A DNA stretch of 62,387 nt, filler included. It is 7 parts of 7 records of this genome, joined end to end, with 100 filler letters (N's around TTAATTAATTAA, not from the genome) between each part and the next. Parts side by side here need not be neighbours in the genome. Positions count along the whole stretch, not along the records: positions 16,831 to 27,073 come from DRR723986_25181; positions 27,174 to 35,317 come from DRR723986_25195; positions 35,418 to 42,863 come from DRR723986_25246; 4 more parts are not named here. One strand, written 5' to 3'. The notes below the pieces were generated by a model. The model was not told where the DNA came from. It ran no database searches and saw only the letters and a program-made list of their open reading frames with translations. Shown here one piece after another: positions 26,576 to 37,005 of this stretch (position 1 is the stretch's first letter; each line of letters starts with the position of its first letter). The position numbers and the translations under genes were made by a program.

Positions 26576-27073
26576 GTAGAGTATGTTCCAATAAACAAGA
26601 GCCCTTCGAATTCTCGAGTTCGAAGGGCTCCTATAGCAACGTAAGAGTAACACTTGCTGGACCCTGTGTGCGCTTTTCGGCAGCACGGGGACCAAATTTT
26701 GCCTGGTTTTACCGTTCTGGCGCATGGCCGTGTAGCGGACTTTCTTCCAAAACAATCTCGAACCCTTGATTTTGTTACTACAGGACCGATTTTTACTTGT
26801 CTACCCCCTTATAGTTCGCTTGATTTCTGCAAAGGCCATCTTGTTAGTTGTTGGGTTAGAAGCCGGAATCCATTGAGACAGCCCCCAGCCTCTGGGTCTG
26901 ACGTTTGTAGTCTGCATCTGCATCGCTGAGTCAGAGCCTGGTGGCGCTGAGCCCGGCGAGTCCGGTCTTATCTCGGAGCAATCTCACTCAGACTCAATTA
27001 CTTGACGTTCAGTCGTTTTGACTTGAATCCTGCAGACCCGTAAACTTACGGCTCACAGCCCTTAGGGCTGTGA

Positions 27074-27173
27074 NNNNNNNNNNNNNNNNNNNNNNNNNNN
27101 NNNNNNNNNNNNNNNNNTTAATTAATTAANNNNNNNNNNNNNNNNNNNNNNNNNNNNNNNNNNNNNNNNNNNN
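27074..27173. other. Artificial contig spacer
   Basis: N-run containing TTAATTAATTAA. Confidence 0.99.
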
Positions 27174-27828
27174 TCAGCACCGCGTCATAGGTGGCATCCC
27201 AATCAATCCCTTCCGCGGCGGGCATTTCACTGACCGGGCGGCGCGGCGCATTCTGATCCAACAACTCTTGCGCATAGGCCAGACCAACGGCTTGCGGATC
27301 GCCCTCTTCGACACGGTCCACGATGCCCATCTCCAGCGCCTCGGGCGCCTTGATGTGGCGGCCGGTGGTGATCGCTTCAACCGCCTTTTCCGCACCGGTC
27401 AAACGCGGCAAGCGCTGCGTCCCGCCAGCACCGGGCAAAATGCCCAGATGCACTTCGGGCAGACCCACACGGGCCGATGGCTGTGCGATCCGGTAGTGGG
27501 CGCAAAGCGCAACCTCCAGACCGCCGCCAAGGCTGACCCCGTGCATCGAGGCCACGACCAACAGCGGTGAGGCTTCGATGCGGGTACACAGATCGGGCAG
27601 GTTCGGCTCCATCGGGGGTTTGCCAAATTCGGTGATGTCTGCACCAGCGATAAAGGCACGGCCATCGCCGAGGATCAGCACCGCCCGAACGCCATCATCC
27701 GCTTCGGCGCGGGCCATGCCATCAGACAGGCCCTGACGCACAGCTTGGCTCAGCGCATTGACAGGCGGGTTCTGGATGCGCAGCACGGCGATCTCTCCGT
27801 GGCGGCTATAGGCAATCTTGTCGCTCAT
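27174..27828 (-). CDS. Enoyl-CoA hydratase domain of a probable bifunctional 3-hydroxyacyl-CoA dehydrogenase (partial)
   Basis: NPPVNAL, FIAGADITEF, LGGGLEVAL and GLPEVHLGILPGAGGTQRLPRL. Confidence 0.9.
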
Positions 27829-27865
27829 GTTCTCAAAGGCTCCTTGGTGGTCTGTTCGGGTGGAT

Positions 27866-28642
27866 CTAACCGCGCCGCGCGAGGGCGGGCGGCAATCCGA
27901 TTTGTTTTTCAAAGCTGCGCACAGCATCGCGCAGGGCCGGGCCGACCTCGGCCATCATCCGTTCGTCGGGCAAGTCCTGCGGCAGTGCCCCGCAGGTAAA
28001 GGCAACCGATTCTCCGAATTCGCTGGCATAATAGGGGACGCTGACCGCATTGACCGTACCGGCGTATCGGGTGGGCTGCGGCGCAATGGTAAAACCTTGC
28101 CCGATCAACTGGTCATACCCATCCTGCCGGTAACGGGTCAGCGTTTCATCCGGTTCTAGCGCGGCAAACCGGTCATCGCCCAAGGTGGCCAAAACAGCCA
28201 GACCAGAGGACGATCCATAGATCGGTATGCGGTGGCCGGGATCCAGCCAGATCGCAGAGACCCCTTCGGGTCTCCATGTCTTGGCCAAAAGCATCCGGTC
28301 GCCATCGCGCACCGCAACCAGCGCCAATGTGCCGGTCTGGTTCGCCAAACGCTGTAAAGTGTTGGACGCCAGATCAAGGAAACTGACCGAGAGCGAGGCA
28401 ACCGATCCAAGCGCGACCGCCGCCGGACCCAGCCGAAACCGGTCATTGCGGGCGCCGTGGCTGAGATACCCCAACGCGCACAGCGTATAGGACAGGCGCG
28501 TCACGGTTGGCTTGGGCAGGCCGGTCCGCTCTGCAATCTCGGCGTTGGTCAACCCGTCGTCGCTGGCACGAAAGGCCTGCAAAACACCCAAGCCCCGCGC
28601 CAAAGTATTGGCGAACTTTCGGTCTGTGGGCGCAGCCGTCAT
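27866..28642 (-). CDS. IclR-family transcriptional regulator
   Basis: TLARGLGVLQAF and EIAERTGLPKPTVTRL HTH. Likely start 28642. Confidence 0.93.
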   Translation of the reverse strand: MTAAPTDRKFANTLARGLGVLQAFRASDDGLTNAEIAERTGLPKPTVTRLSYTLCALGYLSHGARNDRFRLGPAAVALGSVASLSVSFLDLASNTLQRLANQTGTLALVAVRDGDRMLLAKTWRPEGVSAIWLDPGHRIPIYGSSSGLAVLATLGDDRFAALEPDETLTRYRQDGYDQLIGQGFTIAPQPTRYAGTVNAVSVPYYASEFGESVAFTCGALPQDLPDERMMAEVGPALRDAVRSFEKQIGLPPALARRG

Positions 28643-28701
28643 CGCGCAGGCAACACACAAGGCACGACAGCCGGTTGGCACTTACTCTGACAGTCTGATT
28701 T

Positions 28702-28718
28702 GTTTCGCATTGCAAAAC
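28702..28718. promoter_or_regulatory. Imperfect palindrome, probable IclR autoregulatory operator
   Basis: GTTTCGCA-T-TGCAAAAC, 60 nt upstream of the IclR start. Confidence 0.5.
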
Positions 28719-28805
28719 GCCGTTTCAATAAATTCCCCAGCGCAAGCTAGTCCGCCCTCCAAAGAGACGCAAGAGCAGCAGCCAGAGAATCTTGGTCAGG
28801 AAAAG

Positions 28806-29294
28806 TTAGCTTGCGCGATAGATAAAACAGCGGCCCGCAAACGCCTCCGGCGGCAGCGGCAGCTCTTCTAGCGCATCAAAATACATCCGGTCACTGGCCA
28901 CCATGATACCGCCCTTGGCCAGCATCGGTTCAACCAGCGGCGAAATCGCCCGCGCAAAGGCATCGTTCTTGGCCCGGTTGTGCCCGCCCAGATCTGCGTG
29001 AATCAACGCGGCAGTGGGGCCAAACCGTTCCAGCGCGGCAGGCAAGGTGTCATGCACGTCCCCCAAGATCAGCCGGTCATCGGGCGGCGTGCTGTCTGGA
29101 TGCGAGGCCACCGCGCGTTCGAACACATAGATGTCGCGGTCCGGCATGGTTTCCACCATGTGATGATAGGTCCGACCATTACCGAGGCCCAATTCAAACA
29201 CCGGTCCCTCCATCCCCTTTGTCAGGTCATTGGCATGATCCAGGCAGGCGCGTTGCGACACCATGCGGGCGATAAAGAGGTCCAGTCTGCTCAT
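28806..29294 (-). CDS. Small class I SAM-dependent methyltransferase (Methyltransf_17-like)
   Basis: MSRLDLFIARM, VFELGLGNGRTYHH SAM motif I, and LIHADLG. Confidence 0.8.
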   Translation of the reverse strand: MSRLDLFIARMVSQRACLDHANDLTKGMEGPVFELGLGNGRTYHHMVETMPDRDIYVFERAVASHPDSTPPDDRLILGDVHDTLPAALERFGPTAALIHADLGGHNRAKNDAFARAISPLVEPMLAKGGIMVASDRMYFDALEELPLPPEAFAGRCFIYRAS

Positions 29295-29438
29295 GGTAGG
29301 CTCCTTTGGGCAATCTTGCCGTTACATTGAGGAATGTAGGCATCATGTCCAGCGGTTGCGACCTGCTACTGGACGAATGCGCCGGAATCGGCTTCACTCT
29401 GGTTCAAAGTATCACCTTGCCCTGACGACAGGACCAAA

Positions 29439-31208
29439 ATGCCACCAATACTCGAAGTAGATGCGCTTACGATCGGTTTCGGAAACGCAGAACCTGTCGT
29501 GCGCGATGTCAGCTTTTCCGTGAATGCCGGAGAAACGCTTGCGCTGGTCGGGGAAAGCGGCTCCGGCAAAACACTGACCTGCCGCAGTGTGCTCAAGATC
29601 CTGCCCGAGACTGCACAGATGCGCAGCGGTCGCATCACCTTTGCCGGAAGCAGCAGCGCGGTGAACCTGTTGGATGCTTCGGAAAGGCAAATGCGCCAGG
29701 TTCGGGGCAACCAGATCTCGATGATCTTTCAAGAACCGATGCGGTCGCTTTCGCCACTCCACCGGCTGGGCAATCAGGTGGCCGAGGTGTTGCACATCCA
29801 TCGCGGGCTGAGCCTGAGCGCGGCCAAGCGCGAGGTGCTGGAACAGTTTGAAAAGGTCGGATTTGTTGACCCGGAGCGAACGTGGCGCAGCTATCCCTTC
29901 GAGATGTCCGGCGGGATGCGGCAGCGTGCGATGATCGCGATGGCCATGGTCGCCAAACCCGAAGTGTTGATCGCGGACGAGCCGACAACCGCACTGGATG
30001 TGACCACACAAGCGCAGGTGCTGGGCCTGATCCGCAAGTTGCAACAGGACACCGGCATGGCGGTGATCCTTGTCACCCATGATCTGGGCGTGGTCGCCAA
30101 CATGGCGCAGCAGGTTGTGGTGATGAACAAGGGCCGCGTTATGGAAGCGGGCCGCGCCACTGATGTATTGGGCGCACCGGCGCATAAATACACCGCCAAA
30201 CTATTTGCAGCGGCGCCGATGATCCCCGAGGTCGCCAAACCGGCACGGGCAATGGCCCGCGATGACGTGATCCTTGATCTGCGCAATGTGACCAAGACAT
30301 TTACCTTGCGGGCGGGCGGATGGCGCAAGCCAGTGCAAGTGACAGCCTGCCGAGATGTGAATTTACAGGTCGAACGCGGCAAAACCCTTGCTGTGGTTGG
30401 GGAAAGCGGATCTGGCAAAACCACATGTGCGCGGGTCGCCTTGGGATCAGAACGCCCCGACGCCGGCGGCGAGGTGTTGTTCCATCCGGGGAGCAGCCAA
30501 GACCCTCTGCCTGTGCACGACATGACCACCGCCCAGCGTACCGCCTTTCAACGCGAAGCGCAGATGGTGTTTCAAGACCCCTATTCATCGCTCAGCCCGC
30601 GGATGCGGGTGTTGGATGCTTTGACCGAACCGATGGACATACACAAGATCGGCAGCCGCGCCGACCGCCGAGATAAAGCGGCAGAGATGTTGCGGCTGGT
30701 AGGGCTTAACCCCGATATGCTGGGCCGCTATCCGCATGCGTTTTCGGGCGGGCAGAGGCAACGCTTGTCAATTGCACGGGCGCTGACGCTGGATCCCAAA
30801 TTGCTGATCTGTGATGAGCCAACGTCGGCGCTGGATGTTTCGGTTCAGGAACAGATCCTGACCTTGCTGGAGGACATTCGCGACCATGCGCAGCTCAGCT
30901 ACCTGTTTATCAGTCACGATCTGGCTGTGGTGGCGCGGATCGCCGATGAAGTGGCGGTGATGCGGGCCGGTGTCATCGTTGAGCAGGCCCCACCCGACAC
31001 GCTTTTTTATAACCCGCAGCACCCCTACACCAAGGCACTGATCGCCGCGCAACCAGAGCCGGATATGTCCCGCCCGATTGATCTGCAACTGGTGGCCAAG
31101 GGTGCGGGTGCGCCGACTTCCTGGCCTGAGATGTTCCGCTTTGACGGCCCGGATGCGCCCGCGCTGCGTGAATTGGAACCCGGACATATGGTGCGTTGCC
31201 ATGCGTAA
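29439..31208 (+). CDS. Peptide/nickel-family ABC transporter, fused double ATPase
   Basis: Two GESGSGKT Walker A motifs, [16 protein letters not shown] signatures and DEPT. Confidence 0.95.
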   Translation: MPPILEVDALTIGFGNAEPVVRDVSFSVNAGETLALVGESGSGKTLTCRSVLKILPETAQMRSGRITFAGSSSAVNLLDASERQMRQVRGNQISMIFQEPMRSLSPLHRLGNQVAEVLHIHRGLSLSAAKREVLEQFEKVGFVDPERTWRSYPFEMSGGMRQRAMIAMAMVAKPEVLIADEPTTALDVTTQAQVLGLIRKLQQDTGMAVILVTHDLGVVANMAQQVVVMNKGRVMEAGRATDVLGAPAHKYTAKLFAAAPMIPEVAKPARAMARDDVILDLRNVTKTFTLRAGGWRKPVQVTACRDVNLQVERGKTLAVVGESGSGKTTCARVALGSERPDAGGEVLFHPGSSQDPLPVHDMTTAQRTAFQREAQMVFQDPYSSLSPRMRVLDALTEPMDIHKIGSRADRRDKAAEMLRLVGLNPDMLGRYPHAFSGGQRQRLSIARALTLDPKLLICDEPTSALDVSVQEQILTLLEDIRDHAQLSYLFISHDLAVVARIADEVAVMRAGVIVEQAPPDTLFYNPQHPYTKALIAAQPEPDMSRPIDLQLVAKGAGAPTSWPEMFRFDGPDAPALRELEPGHMVRCHA

Positions 31209-33108
31209 ACTGCTTTGCCTTTTGATATGTCTTGCTGGCCCGGTCTGGGCGCAAGACAATACGCAGGAAACCTCCTTTTGGGCGATGGAAGTGCAAAACG
31301 GCGACCTGCCCCCGATTGCGGACCGTTTGCCAGATGTGCCCTTGGTCGTCGATCTGGAGGCAAAGGGCCGCACCTATGGCACGCAGGGCGGCACATTGCG
31401 CACTTTGGTGTCGCGCACCAAAGACGTGCGGCAGATGGTGGTTTACGGCTATGCCCGTCTGGTGGGCTATGCGCCCGATTATTCGCTCTACCCGGACATC
31501 CTGCGCGATTTTGAGGTGTTCGAGGATCGCCGCTATACCCTGCATCTGAGGCCCGGCCACAAATGGTCGGACGGTGCGCCGTTCACATCCGATGATTTCC
31601 GCTACTGGTGGGAAAATGTCATCAACAACGATGAAATCACCCCGACCGGACCGCCGGATTTCATGTATGTTGATGGCAACCTGGGCAGCGTTACCTTTCC
31701 CGACCCCTACACAGTTGTTTTTGAATGGCCCACGCCCAATTCCAACTTTCTGCCGCTTTTGGCACAGGCCAGCCCGCCGTTCCTGTACCGGCCCGCCCAT
31801 TACTTGCGCCAGTTCCACGTTGATTTTGCCGAAACAGAAAACCTCGCCGAAGAGGTTCGCCGCGCCCGCGTAAAAAGCTGGGCCGCGCTGCACAACAAAC
31901 GCGACAACATGTACAAGTTCGACAATCCCGCATTGCCGACCTTGCAGCCTTGGATCAACGCCAGCGGGCGCGGCTCGCGCAAACTGTTTGTACGCAACCC
32001 ATATTATCACCGCATCGACAAACGCGGGGTCCAACTGCCTTATATTGACGTGGTCGAGATGACGATTGTCAGTGCCGGTCTGATCGCCGCCAAAGCCAAC
32101 GCCAGCGAGGTTGATCTACAAGCACGCGGCCTCGATTTTCCTGACATTTCGATCCTCAAGAAGGGCGAAAGCGATGGTGGCAATTATCGCACCTTGCTCT
32201 GGGCCAATGGCGCGGCCAGCCAGATTGCGATCTATCCCAACCTGAATTTCCGCGATCCGGTCTGGCGTGAGGTGATGCGCGATGTGCGGTTCCGCCGGGC
32301 ACTGAGCATGGGCATTGATCGGCGCATGATCAACCGGGCGCTCTATTTCGGATTGGCCCATGAGGGCGGCATGACGGCGCTCTCTTCCTCCCCCCTGCAT
32401 GACCCCGAGGATCTGGCCTCCTGGGCAACGCTGGACGTGGCCCGCGCCAATGCTTTGCTTGACGAGATGGGCCTGACCGATCGCACCCCTGCGGGCATTC
32501 GCAAACTGACCGATGGCCGCCCGATGGAGTTTGTGATCGAAACCGCAGGTGAGCGCCAAGAGGTTGAGAACGCCTTGGCAATTGTCACCGACACCTGGCG
32601 CGAGCTGGGGATCAAACTGATCATGCGCCCGCTGGACCGTGATATCCTGCGCAACCGCGTCTATGCGGGCGTCAGCATGGCGGCGATCTGGTTTGGCTGG
32701 GACAACGGATTGCCCACGCCCGCCACCTCGCCGAAGTACCTCGCCCCAACCAATCAGGAGTTCTTTTCTTGGCCCAAATGGGGGCAGTTCTACCAAACCT
32801 CCGGCAGCGCTGGCGAAGCCCCCGACATGAAGCACCCGCAGCGCCTGATGCAATTGGCCGATGACTGGAGCCACACCTTTGATCCCGTCCAGCGCCGCGC
32901 GATCTGGCGCGAGATGCTGGATATCCACGCCGATCAACAATACGCCATTGGCATCCTGTCCGAAGCGCCGCAGCCGGTTGTGGTTTCCAAACAAATGCGT
33001 AACGTTCCCGAAACGGGGATTTGGGCCTTTGAACCCGGTGCACATTTCGGCATCCACCGGATCGACGAATTTTACTATGAGAACCCGCTACAGCAGGTGA
33101 CCCAATGA
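31201..33108 (+). CDS. ABC transporter substrate-binding protein, family 5
   Basis: Signal [28 protein letters not shown] and LRPGHKWSDGAPFTSDD. Confidence 0.93.
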   Translation: MRKLLCLLICLAGPVWAQDNTQETSFWAMEVQNGDLPPIADRLPDVPLVVDLEAKGRTYGTQGGTLRTLVSRTKDVRQMVVYGYARLVGYAPDYSLYPDILRDFEVFEDRRYTLHLRPGHKWSDGAPFTSDDFRYWWENVINNDEITPTGPPDFMYVDGNLGSVTFPDPYTVVFEWPTPNSNFLPLLAQASPPFLYRPAHYLRQFHVDFAETENLAEEVRRARVKSWAALHNKRDNMYKFDNPALPTLQPWINASGRGSRKLFVRNPYYHRIDKRGVQLPYIDVVEMTIVSAGLIAAKANASEVDLQARGLDFPDISILKKGESDGGNYRTLLWANGAASQIAIYPNLNFRDPVWREVMRDVRFRRALSMGIDRRMINRALYFGLAHEGGMTALSSSPLHDPEDLASWATLDVARANALLDEMGLTDRTPAGIRKLTDGRPMEFVIETAGERQEVENALAIVTDTWRELGIKLIMRPLDRDILRNRVYAGVSMAAIWFGWDNGLPTPATSPKYLAPTNQEFFSWPKWGQFYQTSGSAGEAPDMKHPQRLMQLADDWSHTFDPVQRRAIWREMLDIHADQQYAIGILSEAPQPVVVSKQMRNVPETGIWAFEPGAHFGIHRIDEFYYENPLQQVTQ

Positions 33109-34133
33109 TGTTTCTCCGCTATGCGGTCTACCGGTTTTTCACCATGCTGCTCACCCTTTGGGTGGTCTCGATCCTTGTCTTTGCCATCATCAACCTGCCA
33201 CCCGGCGACTACCTGTCGAACCAGATCGCCGAATTGCGCGCCACCGGTCAGGCCGAAGGGGTCGCCAAGGCAGAATTCCTGCGCACCGAATATGCGCTCG
33301 ACCGGCCTTTGTGGGAACAATACCTGATCTGGGTCGGCTTCTCGCCGGGTCCAAACGGTTTTTCCGGATTGATCCAAGGGGATTTCGGCTGGTCCTTTGA
33401 ATTTGACCGCCCCGTTGGCGAGATTGTCGGAGATGCGCTTTGGCTAACGGTTCTGGTCAATCTGGCCGCGGTGCTGTTTGTCTATCTGATTGCCTTGCCG
33501 CTGGGGGTGCTGGCGGCGGCGAAATCGGAAACATGGGTGGATTACACCGCCGGTTTTGTCGGCTATCTGGGTCTCGCAACCCCCAACTTCCTGCTGGCGC
33601 TGATCCTGTTTTATTATGGACACAAGTATTTCAACCTGCCCATCGGCGGGCTGATGGACCCGGTCTATGAAGGCCAGCCGATGTCATGGCTCAAGGTCAA
33701 ATCCATCCTGCTGCACATGATCGTGCCCACCTTTGTGATCGGCACCTCCGGCGCGGCGGCCATGATGCAACGGCTGCGCGCCAATATGCTGGATGAGCTG
33801 AGCAAACCCTACGTCGAAACCGCCAAAGCCAAGGGGCTGGCCCCTGCCAAGCTGCTGGCGAAATATCCCCTGCGTATGGCCTTCAACCCCTTTGTCGCGG
33901 ATATCGGCAACCTGCTGCCGGCGATGGTCTCGGGCTCGGTTCTGGTCTCTGTGGTGCTGGGCCTGCAAACGATCGGGCCTTATCTGCTGGCCGCCCTGAA
34001 ATCCCAAGATCAGTTCCTCGCAGCATTTGTGCTGATGTTCGTGGCGCTGCTGACCCTGATCGGGACGATGATCTCGGACATGTTGCTGGTGCTGCTTGAC
34101 CCGCGCATCCGGTACGGAGGGCGCGGCGCATGA
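33105..34133 (+). CDS. ABC transporter permease (OppB/DppB-like)
   Basis: INLPPGD, GDFGWSF, YVETAKAKGL and DPRIRY. Confidence 0.93.
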   Translation: MMFLRYAVYRFFTMLLTLWVVSILVFAIINLPPGDYLSNQIAELRATGQAEGVAKAEFLRTEYALDRPLWEQYLIWVGFSPGPNGFSGLIQGDFGWSFEFDRPVGEIVGDALWLTVLVNLAAVLFVYLIALPLGVLAAAKSETWVDYTAGFVGYLGLATPNFLLALILFYYGHKYFNLPIGGLMDPVYEGQPMSWLKVKSILLHMIVPTFVIGTSGAAAMMQRLRANMLDELSKPYVETAKAKGLAPAKLLAKYPLRMAFNPFVADIGNLLPAMVSGSVLVSVVLGLQTIGPYLLAALKSQDQFLAAFVLMFVALLTLIGTMISDMLLVLLDPRIRYGGRGA

Positions 34134-35284
34134 CCATTCAACCAGACAACCGTTTTGTTGATACCGAACCATGGGTCGACGACGCCGACATCAGCGCCCC
34201 CGAGCGGGCGGAAATGGATGCGCCGGGTTGGCTTCTGACCTGGCGTAAATTCCGGCGGCACAAGCTGGCGTTGGTGTCAGGGCTGTTCCTGCTGCTATGC
34301 TATCTGATGTTGCCCATCGCCGGCTTCATCGCGCCCTATACACCCAACGAACGCAGCGCCGATTACCTCTATGCCCCACCGCAAAGCATCAATCTGTGGC
34401 ACGAGGGATCATTCGTCGGGCCTTACGTCTATCCGGTGACAGCCACGGCCGATCTGGTCAATTTCCGCTGGACCTATACCACCGATGAAACACGGCCCAT
34501 GCCGCTGGAGTTCTTCTGCGAGGGGGACGACTACAACCTCTTTGGCGTGATCCCGTCAGACACCCATCTGGTCTGCGCCCCCGAAGGCGCAACGCTGTTC
34601 CTCTGGGGGTCCGATAGATTGGGCCGCGATGTGTTCAGCCGCATCCTCTACGGGGCGCAGCTGTCCCTGACAGTTGGGATCATCGGCATCACAGTGTCAT
34701 TCCTGCTGGGCATCACCTTCGGCGCAATGGCAGGCTATTTCGGCGGCAAAACCGACTGGATCATCAACCGCGCGATTGAGATCCTGCGCTCGCTGCCGGA
34801 ACTGCCGCTGTGGCTGGCGCTGTCTGCGGCGGTGCCCTCCAACTGGGGTCCGGTCGCGGTTTTCTTTATCATATCGATCATTCTGGGCATTCTCGACTGG
34901 CCGGGCCTGGCGCGTGCGGTGCGCTCCAAATTCCTGTCGCTGCGCGAAGAGGAATACGTCAAAGCCGCCGAAATGATGGGCGCGCGGCCCGCCCGCGTGA
35001 TCCGCAGGCATCTGCTGCCCAACTTCATGTCACATCTGATCGCCAGCGCGACCCTATCCATCCCGGCGATGATCCTTGGCGAAACCGCACTCAGCTTTCT
35101 CGGCCTCGGCCTGCGGGCGCCCGCGGTCAGCTGGGGCGTGATGCTCAACGATGCACAAAACCTCGCCAGCATTGAAATCTACTGGTGGACGGCGATCCCG
35201 ATGCTGCCAATCATTGTTGTGGTCCTGGCCTTCAACTTTCTTGGTGACGGGCTGCGCGCCTCGCTTGACCCATACAAAAGTTAA
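34130..35284 (+). CDS. ABC transporter permease (OppC/DppC-like)
   Basis: WGSDRLGRDVFSR, EYVKAAEMMGA and FNFLGDGLR. Confidence 0.93.
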   Translation: MTIQPDNRFVDTEPWVDDADISAPERAEMDAPGWLLTWRKFRRHKLALVSGLFLLLCYLMLPIAGFIAPYTPNERSADYLYAPPQSINLWHEGSFVGPYVYPVTATADLVNFRWTYTTDETRPMPLEFFCEGDDYNLFGVIPSDTHLVCAPEGATLFLWGSDRLGRDVFSRILYGAQLSLTVGIIGITVSFLLGITFGAMAGYFGGKTDWIINRAIEILRSLPELPLWLALSAAVPSNWGPVAVFFIISIILGILDWPGLARAVRSKFLSLREEEYVKAAEMMGARPARVIRRHLLPNFMSHLIASATLSIPAMILGETALSFLGLGLRAPAVSWGVMLNDAQNLASIEIYWWTAIPMLPIIVVVLAFNFLGDGLRASLDPYKS

Positions 35285-35317
35285 CCCCCTTTTTGGCCCT
35301 CAATACTCCGGGGGGTG

Positions 35318-35417
35318 NNNNNNNNNNNNNNNNNNNNNNNNNNNNNNNNNNNNNNNNNNNNTTAATTAATTAANNNNNNNNNNNNNNNNNNNNNNNNNNN
35401 NNNNNNNNNNNNNNNNN
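35318..35417. other. Artificial contig spacer
   Basis: N-run containing TTAATTAATTAA. Confidence 0.99.
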
Positions 35418-35710
35418 CCATCAGCCGAGCCACTATTTATAATACGCTGGATCTATTGGTGGAAAGTGGACTCGCTGTAAAGCATCAGTTCAAAGACAAA
35501 GTAGCACTCTACGAACAAGCACTTACTTACAAGCATCATGATCATCATGTATGTAATCAATGCCGTAAAATCCGGGAATTTTCAGATCCTAAAATCAATG
35601 AGATCAAAGAGGAAATAGGCAAAACTTTTAAATCAGCTATCAGAACGCATTCTCTTGTTCTTTACGGGGATTGTGAGATTGAAAACTGTGAAAACCTTCC
35701 GGTGATCTAA
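35418..35710 (+). CDS. fur: Fur-family regulator (5'-truncated)
   Basis: ISRATIYNTLDLL, HHDHHVCNQC and LYGDC. Confidence 0.88.
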
Positions 35711-36141
35711 GCAAAAATCTTTTTGTAGATGGGTTTGCGGTACAAAAACTGTAAATAAATCGCTGGATATAAAAGCACAGTAGCCAGACCAAAAGGTGCT
35801 GAAAACTCGATTTCATCCCGGATAATCGAATTATTACCCTCTTTGATTATTCTGTGCTTATGTCGCCATTTCTTTAGGAAAAAAGGAAGTTGTGTCCCAA
35901 TATCCACAAAGTAATATTCTGTGGCGGTAGTTTGGCTCTCTGAGATTTCGCTCGTCCATTGTTGCTTGAATAGTAAAAAGTCCAATTCCAGTGACACCAG
36001 ATCCCCAACCTTAGATCCATCGAATCTCGCCAGTTTCACAGGTGGAAATGGCGGACTTAGTTTCGAGAAAAGGGTCTCGTCAAAGCCGTTTTTCACAGAC
36101 AGGTAGTCTTGGTTGACTTGAGTGGATAGGTTTATTTTCAT
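35707..36141 (-). CDS. SRPBCC/START-like protein
   Basis: LSPPFP..FVD...LPFFLKKWRHKHRI..IRDEIEF pattern. Confidence 0.7.
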   Translation of the reverse strand: MKINLSTQVNQDYLSVKNGFDETLFSKLSPPFPPVKLARFDGSKVGDLVSLELDFLLFKQQWTSEISESQTTATEYYFVDIGTQLPFFLKKWRHKHRIIKEGNNSIIRDEIEFSAPFGLATVLLYPAIYLQFLYRKPIYKKIFA

Positions 36142-36147
36142 GATTTG

Positions 36148-36762
36148 TTAGAAGCTAAGGACGAATAAAAGAAAGAGAATCAACCAAATTCCATCCATAA
36201 AATGCCAGTAAAAAGTAAACAGGCGGACACGCATTTTCTCGAAGGGATTGGTGTGAATTATTAACTTTTTTATTTCATCGGTTCTGCTTTTTTCAAGTTG
36301 AAAATAAAGAATCAAGCCAAAAATCATGGCTCCTAATAGGTGGAAAATATGGATGCCACTGAGCACATATAGAAAACTTCCACTAGGGATTCCTGTAAAT
36401 TCTATGCCTTTTTCTTTCAACTCAAACCAACCGATTACTTGCAGGATCGTAAAGGCGGATCCTAATAATACCGTATTTCTAAGGGTGCTGAGTAACTTTT
36501 CAGTGTTTTCTTCCTGATAAGCGATTCGTATAGATGTAGCCGAAAACCCACTCAATACCAATAAAAAAGTAGAAACAACAAAGGCTACCGGCACTGTTTG
36601 GTTCATTCCAGAGAGGAGATTTCGGGAAGAGACCAAAAATGCAAAAGTCAGAAACAGAAATATAAGTCCACTACCAAACATTCCTAAGTAGAGCATGGTC
36701 TCATAGGGATGAAGTCTTTCAATCCGCTGAAATAGGGTGAGTTGTTGCTTGGACGTTCTCAT
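36148..36762 (-). CDS. Cytochrome c oxidase subunit III-like protein
   Basis: About five TM helices, FLYVLSGIHIFHLLG and FYWHFMDGIW. Confidence 0.85.
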   Translation of the reverse strand: MRTSKQQLTLFQRIERLHPYETMLYLGMFGSGLIFLFLTFAFLVSSRNLLSGMNQTVPVAFVVSTFLLVLSGFSATSIRIAYQEENTEKLLSTLRNTVLLGSAFTILQVIGWFELKEKGIEFTGIPSGSFLYVLSGIHIFHLLGAMIFGLILYFQLEKSRTDEIKKLIIHTNPFEKMRVRLFTFYWHFMDGIWLILFLLFVLSF

Positions 36763-37005
36763 TATTCTGAAAACAGTCAACTGAGGCGAAGGTTCAGAAA
36801 AATATCAAACAACTTGACTTTTATTGTTTGGGAATTACCCTTGCATCTGTTCGTTTCCCACAAATGGATAATTGATGTTGGGGGAGAAACGAAAAGAGGC
36901 GGTTTTGAGCTACTGATTTTATTTTTTTTTAGGTCGGGCCTGTGAGGACACAGACCACGGGGGTGGCATCTTTAAATACACGAACATCGGCGACGAGCTT
37001 AGGCA

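Noticed and set aside
29412-33057. Antisense ORFs of 200-350 aa over the ABC operon
   Set aside because: Shadow ORFs caused by high-GC codon bias. No motifs.
35285-35317. Possible Rhodobacteraceae dispersed repeat at the contig end
   Set aside because: Truncated and single-copy in this window, so it cannot be supported.
36935-36962. GGCCTGTGAGGACACAGACC hairpin, REP-like
   Set aside because: Only one copy is visible. Probably a common dispersed palindrome with no further signal.
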